From Azolla caroliniana (Eukaryota; Plantae; Polypodiophyta), in NCBI GenBank assembly GCA_043228905.1, contig JBHGNT010000022.1, forward strand, positions 12,152,001 to 12,216,000: a DNA stretch of 64,000 bases, given 5' to 3'. Positions within the stretch are counted from its first letter, which is position 1. Every line of letters begins with the position of its first letter. The notes below the pieces were generated by a model. That model worked only from the letters and a program-made list of their open reading frames with translations, ran no database searches and was not told the origin of the DNA. Both the position numbers and the translations under genes were made by a program. Of this stretch, positions 1 through 15,071 are shown piece after piece.

Positions 1-3000
1 GCCGATTTTCAACATTGTCATCATCACCTAAAAAGATAAAGAATGTTTCAGTTGATAAAAAGTAATCTCCCAACATACAAAAGAAAAACCCTCTCAGATT
101 TTAACCCAAAAGAAAAACTCGACGAATGTCATCTTGTCATGAATGCCATAAGGCTTTCAATGCATTTTTGCAACTTGACAAGGCTGGAGATGTTTTACCT
201 GTCAGGAAAAAATTACATTAACTGAAGCTATGTGTATACTTCACATGCCTCTTAAGTTTTCTTTTTTCCCTAATGTCCTTTGGTCAACCATATGTATTAT
301 TTGAGCAAGTATTGGGGTAAGTAAGATGCAACCATATGTATTATTTAAGAAATTATCCGTTTTTCTCTCCTGAAGGGCGTCTGCGAAATAATAAAAACTC
401 AAGGTCATTTGCGGAAATAAAGCAAAACTTATGTACTTGGGGAGTTTTCTCTGATAAGAATCAAGAATCCAAGTCAGGATAATGTCCAAATCTACAATAA
501 AAGCATTCTCCCTCTCGCCACAATGCTTTTGGTAATAGATCCCTGATCCCAAACCTAATCTGGAGTTAATGCTGCATCAACATAAGTAAGCAACATTGAA
601 AATGAACACCTTACCTTCATCCATGGGTTCAAACCGTATGTGTCCTGGTCTTACAACAATCGGAAGTCTTTCTTCTTCAGCCTCACCATCATCCTCAGTT
701 TTACTCCTTAGCACAGGCAAAACTTGGTTGCTTGTATCATTTGTAACATCAGGTTTCTCCATCTGAGGAACAGCTGAAATAACATTATTATATGCATGAC
801 AGAAACACTTCCCAGAGGAAAAAAATAGTAATGATTACATTACCCTATCTAACATTTGTTTGTTCTCTCGTTTCCAAAAACGTTTCGCCTTCTTCCTTCG
901 GGAACTACGACTGGGTTTCTGGTAAACCATATACACAATGATTATGAGAAATTCAAGTATTACAACAGTTTCAATAAAGATTCAGAAAACATACTTTTAC
1001 ACTTTCCGTTTCTATTGGCAGATCTAGCCTCTTCTGTTCATCCTTCGACGTTTCACTAGTTGAACTGAAAAAGGCTTTTAATAAACTGAATGAACTTTAT
1101 AAAAGCCGTGCACTTTACATACTTGTATATCACAAAAGAACACAGTAACTAGGTTAAGTATCTGTGTATGTTTAAAGAAACACTCATAGGAGTAGATTAT
1201 GATCAAATACAAAACTCTGGTGCTCAAACATTGCTCATTGTCGCATTGTATTCTGTCCAAAAGGCAGGCACTATACACATAAACTTTGTGTAGCTTATTA
1301 TGAATGAAAACAGAATAGGTTTTTTACTGAAATAGTTCTGAAGACGCATGAAGAAAATGTTATTGGTATAGAAATGATCCCTCAGAGCTTGTTCAAAACT
1401 TGTTTCTCACCTTCAGTATATACACATACATACATACATACACACACACATATATATATATCAAATTTGTTGAGTACATACTCCAAAGGTAAAAAAATTA
1501 TATGCAAAGATGTACAATTTTTTGCATCTGCTTCATTTAGTTAATTTCAATATCACAATGGTTCAGGACATAGAACGAGAATAACTTATTATGAATTGCA
1601 AATCTTGTGATACCTTGAAGAGGACGAATCATGTTTCTCATCCTTCTTTGTAGCAGCACACTCCTTGTCAATACTCTCTGTTGCATCATTATTCACTTTT
1701 ACCTTGGCCTCACTGGACAACTTATTTTTCTCCTTCATTTGTACCTTTGGAACATTAATTTCGTTAAGGCTCTTTTCCACAGTACTCTTCAGAACCTCAT
1801 TTTTGTCATTATGTTGAGTGATCTTTTTCTTTCTCTTCGATTTTCCAACTTCATTTGCAGCATTCTCTTTTGTAGCTTCAAGCTTCAAGCTTCTCCCTTG
1901 CTCATCATCTCTAAAATGTGACATTATTATGGCTTCAGATATAAAAAGTCTTAATAAAACTATCAATAATAAACTAAAGTGCATAAAGGTACGAATGCTA
2001 TTTGAGATAATTGTCTCTTAGGGGAATGTAGATGATGCACATGAATGAGAATTCCTGCAATGGCTGTACAAAGTTCCTATAAGTGTCAAGTATGACCAAA
2101 TATCTTGATTCTCTTCTCATTTTACTTCCGAATACTGCAGAGAAAGGTCTAACCCAACCAAGCTGATTAAATAAAGCACCAGATTTAATTGCAACACCAC
2201 ACTCTTCATAAGCAAACACATCCTGTTTGGGACTCTGGTATGTCTAGCAATAATTCTACAATATCATCATGTTGAACTTTCGAGGACTATTAAGGTTACA
2301 TTTTTCCAGCTATGATTTAATATTGAGATGATAGAATCAGAATTATGCAATGTTGTAGAGCACAAATCCTCATTGTTTTCCATTAAAAATCTTACAAATC
2401 CGAACCAGTGCAGAAATTATCTACCACAATACCAACAGTTTTTTAGGAGAACTATGAGGAGCATATCCTGCAGTTCTCCTCCTCAAAAAAAAAACTCCGA
2501 AAATGATGCATTTCTCCACTGTTTTCTGGGACATTCAAGTACACCTTATACTGACTCAAACATCAATATTCAATCTATCAACAAGCACTTCAAGATGGTT
2601 TAGGGAAGAGAAACAACTACAGATTAATGAAGATGCCAAAGATTCAATTAAGAGGATTGAACAAGGGATTTAAGATCCTCTAGATGCATGATTCAAATAA
2701 CTATTTCTATAGATAACCACAACTTGGTTATTTGGGGAATGTAATGCAAAAAAATGGCCATACATGCAATACTGCAACAAAGCTCTCGACAAAGTCAAGT
2801 TACCTTGATTAGTAGGAGAATATAACACAAAAGCAAATTATTGCACTAGCAATACTGCAAAAAAATACATCACCAAGTCACACTAGATGGCAGAAGTGTA
2901 AGGCTCAAGTTTCTCTCCTTGCTCTTAGCTACACCTATCCACTTTCCCTCGCTCTTGCTCAATCATTGATAGTTTCTCTATTCCTATACTTGAAATAATC

Positions 3001-6000
3001 AGCTAGAAAGTTTTTAGAGCTGAAAAATGAACCTAAATACCTAAGCGCCAAATATCAAGTTACAAAATCTTTTAGTTTTCATGCACAAAATCAACACGAA
3101 AATTTGTACCAAGACTTAGCTCTTAAGTATGGCATGATTGGACTTCCTCAAAAGTCTTCAATTCTGCTTATCTAATTCATCCCAAGCCATGAGATAAACC
3201 CTCATGCTTTAAACTACAGAAATGGCGTCTAATCATCCACATAAATCATCAAATTTTCTAAAGTAAACTTAGACCCTGGATAACAAAAGAACATGCATCA
3301 GCCCCACAACATCTCTTGGTAGAAAGATGGCCCACTACAAGACATAGTTTTTACACACATCGAAAGATGGATACATCATGCCCTCTTATACGGATATGCA
3401 TCTATTGCATGTGTTCCATAGTGTGATAGGGTAGCTGCAAACCTCTTAACATTAGTTAAGAGACTGAGGTAGGCAGATATGCACACACACCTCTGGAAGA
3501 AAGAATCTGCCACTGCACAATTCTTTACAAAATAAGATGAAGGTGCCATTGCCTCTTTAGCCAAGGCTTTGGACTATGCAAGGTCATGGAATATGTGGGG
3601 ACCATAGAACTATTCTTGCTAGAACTCTCAAGACACAAGGAGAAGTTGCACTTGAAATTTACGAAGGCTACAATAAGTTACAAATGATCAGTAAGAAAGA
3701 AGCTCATCAAGAGCAAAAGCAATATTTAGGGCTGTGAAATATAATAAATATCTAAATTATATATGTACTCAAGGATATATGTACATGTTTCTTGGAGAAC
3801 TAACCTCTCAATTCTGGTATGTTTCCTTCTCTTTTCTTTTGATTTCTTCAAACTTGTATCCAAGTCCCTGGTAATACAGAGAAGCTATGAATAAGGTAAC
3901 ATGTGATAAAGCAATGTGTTATATCTAAATAAGGATGCGTGTTCTATAATAAAACTACAATCAAAGAGAAAACCTTTCACTATCAATATGTTTCCGCTTC
4001 TTATGCTTTGTCTTAGAAGAAGTCATGTCCAGAACTTCAGTGATAGCATCATGTGGTATCTCTTGTGGATCTTCTTCCTCTTTTTCGCTTTCATACCCTC
4101 CAGATTCCCTCTCAAATTCATCAAGGGCATAAGATTTGATGCCAAGAGGCCCACTTGAATCAAATCTGTCAAGACTAGAGCTATCACCCAGCTTAGACCT
4201 TCCATGGACAAAGTCACTTGCAATGACTTTCTTATTAATGCTGCAAAAGAAAATGTTTGATAACATCATGACCACGTACTAGATCTTATTACTCAAACAT
4301 ATAGCACACATTGATGCATTGAAGCAAAAATATGTTTGATATCAAAATATATTTCACTATTAAGATATTGGGCAGTTAACCCCTGATAGATTTTGTTCTA
4401 TTACAACATTGATGCAACATCAAGAAGAGTAAAGATATAGTTTTATACCATATAATATCCTTGTCTTTGATAAGGTGAATCGGTTGTGAAGGCGGCAATG
4501 TGAAATTCTCCATCTAAACAACATTTTCAAAAATAAAGATGATTCATTAGGCCTCAGGAAATTGATAAGAAAACCATCCAAACAAAAGTCAAATTTTAAC
4601 TTTAAACAGCCCAAAATGTCCATAGCTACGACGAAATATTATTCAGGTGAAGATCATCTTACATATTTTTCAATAAACTAAAAAGCATTACACAGCCTTC
4701 TGAGGCTATGCACAAAGTGGATAAAACACCTAATATCATAAAATGATTGTTTGGCTACATATCATAAACAAAAGAAGATGTTTTGATTATGCATAAAACA
4801 GTCATAATTTTTCTAGTTGTTGGTCACTATAATGATGTAATTGATGTCCGCAAGGTGGAAATGACAATGATGGTGGAAAAAATGGTTCAATCTCTATGTC
4901 AACACCAATTGTGAAGCAATCGGACATTAGGATGAATTGAAGTATGGTATATGCAAAGACTCAAATAATAAATCCTTCTCCTAATTGATAGAAATATATG
5001 GGTCCTATTGTCTAATACCTGTGAAGAATGGCCTTATATTGGATTCATGTGCATACAACCCTATCATGCCACAACATAAGAGAATTTGTTTTGACATCAT
5101 CAATGCACCGATTTGTACCATAGTTTCTGGCACATTTTGCTGATCTGTGGCACTTTGTATGCTTTCCAGCAAAAATATAATTTCTTCTTATAAATATACA
5201 TATATGGAGCACATACCATGTACATCGTATATACACATACATATAGATATATATAAATATATTGTGTGTATTTGTATATATACACATACAAATGTATGTG
5301 TATGTGTTTATAAATAATGCACTCACAAGTATGTACATATGTTTGTGGATGTGTTTGTAAGTTTTATACATACACCTAAAAACAAGTGAACATTCCCACC
5401 TCCCATCTTTTGTATGTATATGTATGCGTATACATACATATAAACATACATACATGCATATATATTTATCTACCCACATGCTTACATGTGTAAGTATGAT
5501 ACATGTGCATACACATACACATAAGCATACATACATATGTATGCATGTAGGTAGGTAAACATATATGCATTTATACACATTGTACGTTTTATATGCCTAA
5601 GCAAAGAGAATAGATATGAATAAAGAGCATTTCTCCCTCTCAATGTATAATAGATATGAATGTACGTATGTATTTATATATGTATGCATACTTGCTGTGT
5701 ACGTTTTACAGATAGACCTAAGAAAGGAGAAGAGAGTGCCACCCCCCATATGTGTGTGTATATACATATGTAAATATTGTGTGTATATGTATGTATGTAT
5801 GTATGTATACAAATGTATTTATGTATGTACGTATATACAAATGTATGTATGTATGTATGTATATACAAATGTATGTATGTATGTGTGTGTATACAAATGT
5901 ATGCATGTATGCATGTATATACAAGTGTATGTACGTAGGTATGTATATGTATAAATGTATGCATTATACAAACGTAGATACGTAGGTATGTGTGTATGTG

Positions 6001-6044
6001 TGTATATTAGGCACGTGCGTATGTACGTAGGTATGTACGAACGT

Positions 6045-6086
<42 letters not shown>

Positions 6087-6360
6087 AGAAGGTATTTACC
6101 CGGAGAGAGATGCCATAGGGGCAGGAGGTGAGGAGGTGGAAGGAGGCGGCGATGTCAGCAGAGAGGTCAGCGATGGATCGGAGGTGGGGGCGGAGAAGGA
6201 ACCAGGAATTGGAGAGGCCTTCTTGCACCTGGACAGGGCTCAGGATCGCTGGGCTGTCGAACCGAAGCTTGATTCTCACATTCCCGTCCATCATGGGTCC
6301 ACCTGCAGCAGCTGCAGAAGAAGCAGAAGCATACCTGGGAGGTAGTGGGGCGAGCTCCAT
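1..6360 (-). CDS. COIL: Coilin (Cajal body scaffold), multi-exon, 3' end outside window
   Basis: Exon 1 (6360-6100) RIKLRF...ILS...GLSNSWFLL...CPYGISLR and exon 2 (4513-4449) MENFTLPPSQPIHLIKDKDIIW match the plant coilin N-terminal domain. Further GT-AG exons at 4240-3974, 3867-3805, 1910-1614, 1055-995, 918-844 (KPSRSSRRKKAKR) and 773-615 (VVRPGHIRFEP, plant coilin motif); exon phases are consistent. Confidence 0.9.
5200..6085. repeat. TATG/TACA and (GT)n microsatellite-rich tract in coilin intron 1
   Basis: Degenerate (TATG)n and (TACA)n runs, ending in a pure (GT)n run at ~6052-6084. Confidence 0.9.
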
Positions 6361-6436
6361 AGCTTCTCTCCACCAAAAAATGAAGAAGGAACAAAGGGGT
6401 ATACAGGGAAGCTTTTACATACATACATTATACATA

Positions 6437-6681
6437 CATGGTATGAACCATACGTGCATTCGCGAATGTTTTCAAACATTCGAGTATGGGGTAAACACCC
6501 TTGAAGAATGGTAAATACCAATACTTTTTGGATTAACTATTTATTATGAGATAAATAAACCTAAAAATGGGAAAGGAAAAAAAAACACACATGAATGTTT
6601 GAATAACATTCGCATTCTTTTTCCAACGTATGAAAAAAAAACGAATGTTATGCTAGACGAACACGAAATTTACGTACTATG
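6437..6681. mobile_element. MITE, CATAGTA-TIR family (copy 1), directly upstream of the coilin ATG
   Basis: catggtatgaaccatacgtgcattcgc...tttacgtactatg; aligns by eye with 29804-30054. Confidence 0.75.
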
Positions 6682-6766
6682 AATTACATTCATACAAACA
6701 TATACATACATATGTACATATGTATTGTGGGTTGACAATATGTATGCATGTCAGGAAGGAAGTTAA

Positions 6767-6974
6767 AATAGTATGAATCATACGTGCATTCGCATTCGGG
6801 AATGTTTCAAACACTCGAGTATGGTAAATACCATACTTTTTGTATTCATTGTTTATTATAAGGTAAAATGTGTAAAAAAAAACACATAATAATGTTTCAA
6901 TAACATGTGCATTCTTTTTCATTCGTATGAAAAAAGAATGTTTGCCAATTCATTCGAGTACATTACGTACTATG
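6767..6974. mobile_element. MITE, same family (copy 2, more degenerate)
   Basis: atagtatgaatcatacgtgcattcgcattcg...ttacgtactatg. Confidence 0.7.
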
Positions 6975-7989
6975 GAAGGAACTAAAGGCAATCCAAGGAG
7001 GCTTTTATTACATACATACATGTGTGTGTGTGTGTGTGTGTGCACATACATATTGTGGGTTAACAACTAAGGAAGACTCAAGGATCATGATACATGTCCA
7101 CAGGGTCCGAAGATGAAGTTTTGAGGTTCCTACATCACCAAAATGTAGATGCTTACAAATGGGGCTTGCACATGTAGTGTATGGATGGATGTAGTTGCTT
7201 GCATGTAGGTATGGAGATGAATTCTGTAAGCTTTCCGACCATTTGTTAGACTTTGATGGGAGAATTATGTAATTAGTGCTCACTAGAGAGAACGACTCAT
7301 TAGGTTGACCTGGTTTGAACCTTCCAAGCCCAAGGACACGTATGACGATTTTAGGCTATTATTGGATGCAATGCGCTTTTAAGGTTGATGCATTTAGAGA
7401 CTTGTCGAGTGGGAGAGTAACTCTTGTACATCATTATATGGGCCTAATATCATGAATAGTGAAGCTACCATTTCCCATGTTTGTGGATTGACTATATGTG
7501 TGTTTCTTGTGGAATCTTTTAGTGTTGTGTTTTTTTTTTGTGATCTTGGCATGGTTCATTTTAAAGTCATGGTGTAGGAACTTCAAGTTTCGAGAGATTA
7601 AGTCACGTTGTATGTTACCCTAACCCCATCCGTCTTCACAAATACTCCAAAATTATTGACTTGAGAATCTTAGGGTTATTTTTACTCATTATTGCTTTAA
7701 TGTTACGGAAAAAGGGAGATTGTTCCTCTTTCAAAGACCCAAATTATTATTATTCTCATCTCGTATGCATATGAAACCTCTCCCCAACAACCACAAACTA
7801 ATCTAGACTGTCATTAGAAGTCAAATCAAGAACAAATGTTTAATACATGATGACTTTTCCAATGTAATTGTCGGTACGAACAATGATATTGCAGATAGTG
7901 GGAAGTATTGTGCTTGATTGGTGGCTAATGCAATAGCCTGTGAGATTTGCAACTATTTGCTAGGTTTGAAAAAACATGTAAAAATGCAT

Positions 7990-10900
7990 CTTGATAATAA
8001 TGGACATGTCAAGACCTAGACAACAAGTGTGTGTGTGTTCTACCACACATGGACATTGCATTACATATACATTGACATCCCATTATACCACTTACTACAA
8101 AAAGGGAAAAAGGTGTGAATTGATGGAAGGGCATAGTGGAGCTATATTGAAGTTAAAGAGAGCATTGGTCAACGCTATGGCACTAAGAATTGCCAAATTA
8201 TGACTTTGGAATGCCATTCCATTATAGTTAACACAATTCCAATCGGGATTGAGTGGGTTGTTAACAAAAGGGATAAAGAAGGGTGCAACATCAATTTTGT
8301 TTCAAAAACAATGTTTCAAATGAATGACAATGAGCGTATCCACAAATCAAAAGATAGTTGTGGGAAATACTTTTAACATTCAAGACCAACTTACACTAAA
8401 GGAGCCAATTGTAATTGTCACGATGGATTGTCCTCGAATAATCAATATGATAACAAACTACATGATGTTGGATGTGAAAGTGCGCCAATTTGTAGCATAC
8501 ATACAAATTATTGGCATGAATATTCAACATATATTGGGTTGCAACAATAATGTTGTGGATATGCTATTACAAGTGAGGTGTGAAGATGAAGACAACTTAC
8601 AATTGAACAATTCAGAGGTAGGAAAATAATCCTTCCCCACCAATTTCATCATAGAATTTGATGATCAATTTGACTTCAAATAGGACGAGTAAGAGGATAA
8701 GCTTCTTGAGATAGGAAGACTAGTAAACATGGTAAAACAAGAAGATTGTGAATCAATATCAACGAAGGTGAAGGGGAGCATACAATTCCTTCTTCTAACA
8801 CTACAACACAAGGTGGCATTAACGATATGACCCTTTTTACTAAAAACGCAATGCAAAGTAAAAAAAGTTCTAAGTGGTTAAGGTTGAAGGATATCCTTAA
8901 GGAGGTAGTGAGTTTAAACATCCAAAATGATATGCATCTGTGAGTATATGCTCATGACACTATCCTCCTCTATTATTGATGTTCCGTGAGTTGTGAGGCA
9001 CAAACTATGGTTGGGCTTGTGGAAAGAGTATGGGTGTTAGCAATATTTTCAATAATTCAATAGGTGGAAATCCATAATAGAGCTCAAAGTACAAGGTTCT
9101 AAAATTGATACATGGAACACTTGATGAAAATACATATTGGAAGTGAGAGAAATAGAACACCGTCCATTTGGCTAGAGTTCCAAAATGGACCAAGTCATTG
9201 ATAATCTAACTTATCACATGGCTTAATGGTTTTCACATTGTATTGTAATGATCAAGCATAATCCCTAACTTGGAACTTAGGTTCTTTTGATGCCAAATTG
9301 CAGCTAGCTTGTGTAAGACTTGGTTAGCAAGCATCGCGTATGACCTAGGAAGATTGAAGAAGGTGACTGGGAGCTCGTATATGGCATATTATTGTTTGAA
9401 ATTTCACTTCTTCATGGTTCAACCTATTTAAAGTTGATCAAACATACAGTAACGTTGCCTATTGACTAAGCAATCAAACGGGACATTGCCTTCGGTTCCC
9501 ATCGTAGGAAAGCGTGTCAAGATATTCAAAGGCATTAGGCAATATCTTGGACCACAAACTAATGAGTTGAATGAGTTGAACTAATGAGTTGAATGAATAT
9601 TAATACGAAGACATGCTCGTTGTAGAAGAGGACGAGGAACTTTTATAAGACACACATTGGGTGATGCGAGGGTTGAATGGGGGTGAGTGTCATATTTCCT
9701 TTACCACATGGTGTGAATCACCTTAGAAACAAGTTTGATTCAAATTGCAAGTGAATATATATTGAATGGAGAAGATTGATCATGCACATGTGCACAACAT
9801 AAATGTAACATTGTGAAATATTCCCACTTAGCGTAGAAATTAGATAACAAGGAAAATCATGCACACATTTGCTTTAATAGTGCCACGTGGCATACAATTA
9901 TCAAGCTAAATGAAGAAAATCAAAAGTAAAAAGAAAGCTAAGTTATGCAATCTTGAGATAAAGGAAATGAGGTTATAGACAAGGAGATCTTAGGGATTTT
10001 TGAGTACCATCATTTTTCCTATTCAAGTTTTATCATTGATCCCATTATCACAATATTGTAATCAATCTCTACCATTGATCCAAGGATTTACATGTTGTAA
10101 CCAATGTCTTTTATTGTAATATACATCAATAATTTTGTGCATAACAATCGTCTATTATCTACTATACTATCTTGTTTCTTGACTCTTCCTCAACTCCTAT
10201 CATCCACTAGCTCGTATCACTTTGAATACATCTCTTGGTCAACAACTTCAACAATTCCAACATCAAATAGGGTGATTTGTCATAAATCACGATGACAATT
10301 GTTTAACCTACTCCCACTTGACAATTTGATCATGCATAAAATAATAGAGAAAACTAGTAAACTCCATTGTTTGTTCCACAAAAAAATAAAGACTTAGTAG
10401 ACAAGCCCAAAATATAGAAATCCAAATTCCACGAGAGTATGGCAAAACCAAAGGATTGTATCAAATTTTTTGGTTCTACTGCCAAACACTCATGCATGAT
10501 GATTGGATGTTGAAATAGACTTTGAAAGAAATGTTCTAATAGGTGTTATGATGTGACAAATGATTCAATTGAAGAACAATTGGGAGTAGTTTATAAGAAC
10601 CACAAAGGAAATGAAGGAGCAATCAAGGCACTAGAGGAACGCAACACTTGGTTGAATTTCATTGGATTGACTCCAAACAAAGTTCCCATTGAGAGGCAAC
10701 AATCTTATGCAAACTGAAAATGAGGAACTAAAACCAAAAGTTTATGGAAATATGGCCACACAAGTCAAAAAACAAATATTGAAGTGGATTGTGGGATAAT
10801 TAGATCTTTAGTAGAACCATATCAACGAAGTTGTTGGTTACTACTAAAGATCAAACTCTACTTAGAGAGTCAATGATAATAACTTCTTACTTTGCCTTTT
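7990..10900 (+). mobile_element. Old, heavily decayed Ty3/Gypsy remnant with possible LTR at ~9688-10558
   Basis: RNase H-like fragment DFGMPF at ~8202; purine tract gaatgggggtgag followed by TGTCA at 9688 and TGACA ending at 10558; no intact ORFs. Confidence 0.45.
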
Positions 10901-12039
10901 AGATAATGATCAATAATGTAGCATATACTTCTCAAATTTAAGAGAGTGGGAAATTTAAAATAAACTTTTTTTGAAGGTTCATCCTCTCTAAACAAGTTGT
11001 CGCATGTGTAATGCCAAAATGTTAGACTAGTAGGTTAACACAATATCTTATAAGTGGATAATGTCAATATGGTATAAGTAAAAAGAAATGGCTAAGTGTC
11101 AATGTTTTGAAAGGTGTTGTAACATTGAAGATATCAATTGGAATATCTCTTATTGTAAACTATGCATGCATTTAAGAGCCATGAAATACATAATCAAAAC
11201 ATTATATACTAGATCCTTATTGATGTGCATTGTCATTGCGTATCATTGTGGTATACATATAATTGACTTTATGACGACAAAACCCTCCCCCTCCCCCTTA
11301 CATAAAGAGTTATCATCCTTGAAAAGAAAATCAAGATGACTATTAAATATTTCGCACTCATCCAAGATAAAATTGATCCATAACATAGATTTCCAGTCCG
11401 AAACATAAATATGTTTATTTGGCGTGCACGTTGGAGTCGAGCTTTCAGACTTATTTTTGTAGGTTTTTGAATTGAAGGCTTGATGACATGTATAATATGG
11501 TTGTTATACATTGATCCATACGCATGACCCATCCATGCCATTGTGAATGACTTTAATAAAGCACATCACACACACAAATGTAGGGTCAATTGGAACGTGA
11601 TATCGATAATAAGGGAGTAATTACGATAAGAATAAACGTGGCACACGAGCCTTGATGATTGTTGTACAAACTTAAAACTAACACGCACAATAGTTACCGC
11701 ATTAAACTGTTACATTGCATTTTTTCCTTACATGAGTAATGATCTCTCTCCTCACGTTACATTGCATGTACATTGCACTTTGCGAGAGTTCAAGGATATA
11801 ATTGCCAACTTGCTTTAGAGCAATAACGTGCATGCTAGTACATTAGTTTAGGAATTATCATATATTTACTTTCAGACAAACTATTCCAAAGAAATGGTCA
11901 GCATGTTGATATATCGATGTAAGGTTTGTTGTTTGTTTAGAGCAATATGTTGATGGGTATACCCACGAGAAAGTAGAAAAGCTACAGTGATGGGCCAAAT
12001 AATGTGATGGAGGCTTTAACGTTAATTTAGCACATATGC

Positions 12040-12205
12040 AGCTTCACCATATGTTGCATGAACTACTTTATTATTGAATCGTTTGCATGTTTTTCCCACT
12101 TCTAATCCAATAGGAACAAGTAAAGAGCTTCACCATATGTTGCATGAACTACTTTATTATTGTATCCTTTGCATATTTTTCCCACTTTTAATCCAATTGG
12201 CACAA
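12040..12205. repeat. ~87-bp tandem duplication
   Basis: gcttcaccatatgttgcatgaactactttattattg at ~12042 and ~12128. Confidence 0.85.
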
Positions 12206-12559
12206 TCATGTAGCTAGGTCACCTATGTAAGTGGGGATTTATTTTGACTTGCATCAACTTTATAACATCCTTTTTCCCCACCTTTAATTCATATAAAGAC
12301 ACGCCTACATGGTGGGAGGTGTTCACCTATAAGTAGGGGTTGATTTGGACATATTCCACTTTCAAGAGTGTTACAATATCGTGACATCCCTCTCTATTTA
12401 TATCTCATATAAAGGTCGTGGTCATGTTTTCCTTATGTGTGTTAGGCTAGCACTTGTATATGAAGGTTTTTCGTGTTTTTTCATTAAAATGCAAATGCAA
12501 ATTGTGACTATTGTCACCTTATTGTCAAGTGTTGCAATAATCATGGGAGTCGTGCGACA

Positions 12560-13018
12560 ATGATTACTAGAATCTTGTATGTTGTGACTTATGCATCAGT
12601 ACAAGTAATAGGCCAACAATGTTGGTAGTAGCAAATCCATCAATTCTTTGTACATCTATGTGGTAGGGAGTTATACTTGAAATCATCTACACAAATGGTA
12701 CATAAATTGGGAGCTTTGGTGTCATAATCTTCTAACCCTACGATTGGTAGCAAGAGAGACATCGAATGCACTAATACACGTCACAATGTTTGCTAGAATC
12801 TCGTATCCTTTGACGTATGCTTCAATATGAGTAATAGGCCAATGATGTTGATTGTAGCAAATCCATCAATTCATTGTACAACTATGTGGTAGGAGTTATA
12901 CTTGAAATCGATTGCACAAACATAAGCACAAATGGCACATAAAGTGGGAGCTTTGGTGTCGTTATCTTCTAACATGTGATTGGTAGTGAAAGAGATATTG
13001 AATGCACTAATACACGTG
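12560..13018. repeat. ~230-bp tandem duplication
   Basis: ctagaatct..gtat...gtagcaaatccatcaatt...gaatgcactaatacacgt occurs twice (~12567 and ~12793). Confidence 0.85.
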
Positions 13019-13398
13019 AATCATAAGCAACGTAGAGTCAAAACTGAAGATTTGAAATGCTAGAGAAGTGCTTAAAACTTAATAAAAAAACGTTATTCCT
13101 AACATCATCATCAAGGCTACCAAAGTGGAACCCATGTCAATGTGACAAACACTCTAGGTTTGGCTACGCAGGGGGGGGGGGGGGGGGGGGGATAAATTTA
13201 TTCCAGATGCTGCAAATATATACATATTGGCTGTTGTAGGCGGACATAAATCTCGATAGTTGCATTGTTGATCGATAAACAAAAATCCCAAATGGATGGG
13301 GGTTCTATAGGGCCGAGATTAGCACACCATAGAAGAGATTCACATAATATGTGAAGATACATGCATGCATGCATCCATCCTACAAGACATACATAACA

Positions 13399-13432
<34 letters not shown>

Positions 13433-13714
13433 CATTACATACATTACATACATAGTTCATACTTTGAAGGGTCAATGGGATGGTATAGTTGGAGATTCCG
13501 ATGCTAAAATTGTTCAACGGCATGAGTTTCTTATCGTCTGGACAACTACTCCATTCATGACATCCAATTACGGCACTTCTTATTGGCATTTTCAGCCTCC
13601 GAAATGGTTGTTTTCCCCATCCCGATCGGCGATCACATAGAGTTTAAAAATCTTGTAAAAATGTTTACACTAATGACAAGATATCTTAAAAAAAAAACAA
13701 AAAAAACAAAAAAA

Positions 13715-14330
13715 ACATTACATAAATAGCATACATAGCATACATAGCATACATTACATACATAACATACATAACATACATGTACATACATACATACATA
13801 CATACATACATACATACATACCTACATACATACCTACATACCTACATACATGTACATAGATACATAGATACATGTACATACATACATATATACATGCACA
13901 TACATACCTATGTACATGTACATACATATATACATGCACATACATACCTATATACATGTACATACATATATACATGCACATACATATATACATGCATATA
14001 TACATGCACATACATACCTATATACATGTACATACATATATACATGCACATACATATATACATGTATATATACATGCACATACATACATACATACATACA
14101 TACATGCACATACATACATACATACATGTACATACATACATACATGTACATACATGAACATACATACATGACCATACATACATACATACATACATACATA
14201 CATGAACATACATACATACATACATACATGAACATACATACATACATACATGAACATACATACATACATACATGAACATACATACATACATACATACATA
14301 CATACATACATGAACATACATACATACATG
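13715..14330. repeat. Complex TACA-based micro/minisatellite
   Basis: (TACA)n with recurring tacatgcacatacatata and catgaacata subunits. Confidence 0.9.
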
Positions 14331-14688
14331 ATGTTAGGCTTGCAGGCATGGGGGGGGGGGGGGGGGAGCACGTGAGGCTGCCACAATTACTACAGAGACA
14401 CACGTGAGGCTGACCGAGGCTGCAGAGAGAAAGAACAAGACACAGACAGACAGAGAGACAGAGATCCAGATGGATTTAGAGAGTATGTGGGTGGGTTGGG
14501 GGGGGGGAGCATCGCCATGGCCATGAATCCATCTGGGTGTGGGTGTGGGTGTGTGTGTGAAACGCCAAATCCATCTGGATCTCCTTTTCTGAGGCAGAGT
14601 CTCTCTCTCTCTCCATCGCCATCGCCATCGCCATCGCCATAGCCATCAGAGCTTCCTCTTTCCTTTACCTCAAGTTACTGTAGTTATC

Positions 14689-14730
<42 letters not shown>

Positions 14731-15071
14731 GTCTGTGTGTGTGTGTCTATTCATCTTTCTTTCTTTCTTTCTTTCTTCCTTTCTTCCTTCCTTCATCGCC
14801 CATGTCTGCTGACACGACTCGAACCAGTAGAAATAATTGTTGTAGTACTAGTAGTAGAAATAGCAGTAGCAGCAGCAGAAGAAGAAGAACAACGACAGCA
14901 CCAATAAGGAAGAAGAAGAAGACACCCATGTCTTCTTCTATCTTAACACGACAAGAATAAGGAATGGTATAATTGAAGCAGGGTTCAAATCCCGCTATCG
15001 ACAACATACGAGAAGAAGAAAAGAAGAAGAAGAAGAAGAAGAAGAAGAAGAAGGGATCAGGTAGAAGAGAG

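Noticed and set aside
5045-5985. ORFs rich in MYVC / YIHT
   Set aside because: Translations of TATG/TACA microsatellites
13633-14403. Many overlapping 60-150 aa ORFs
   Set aside because: Microsatellite artefacts
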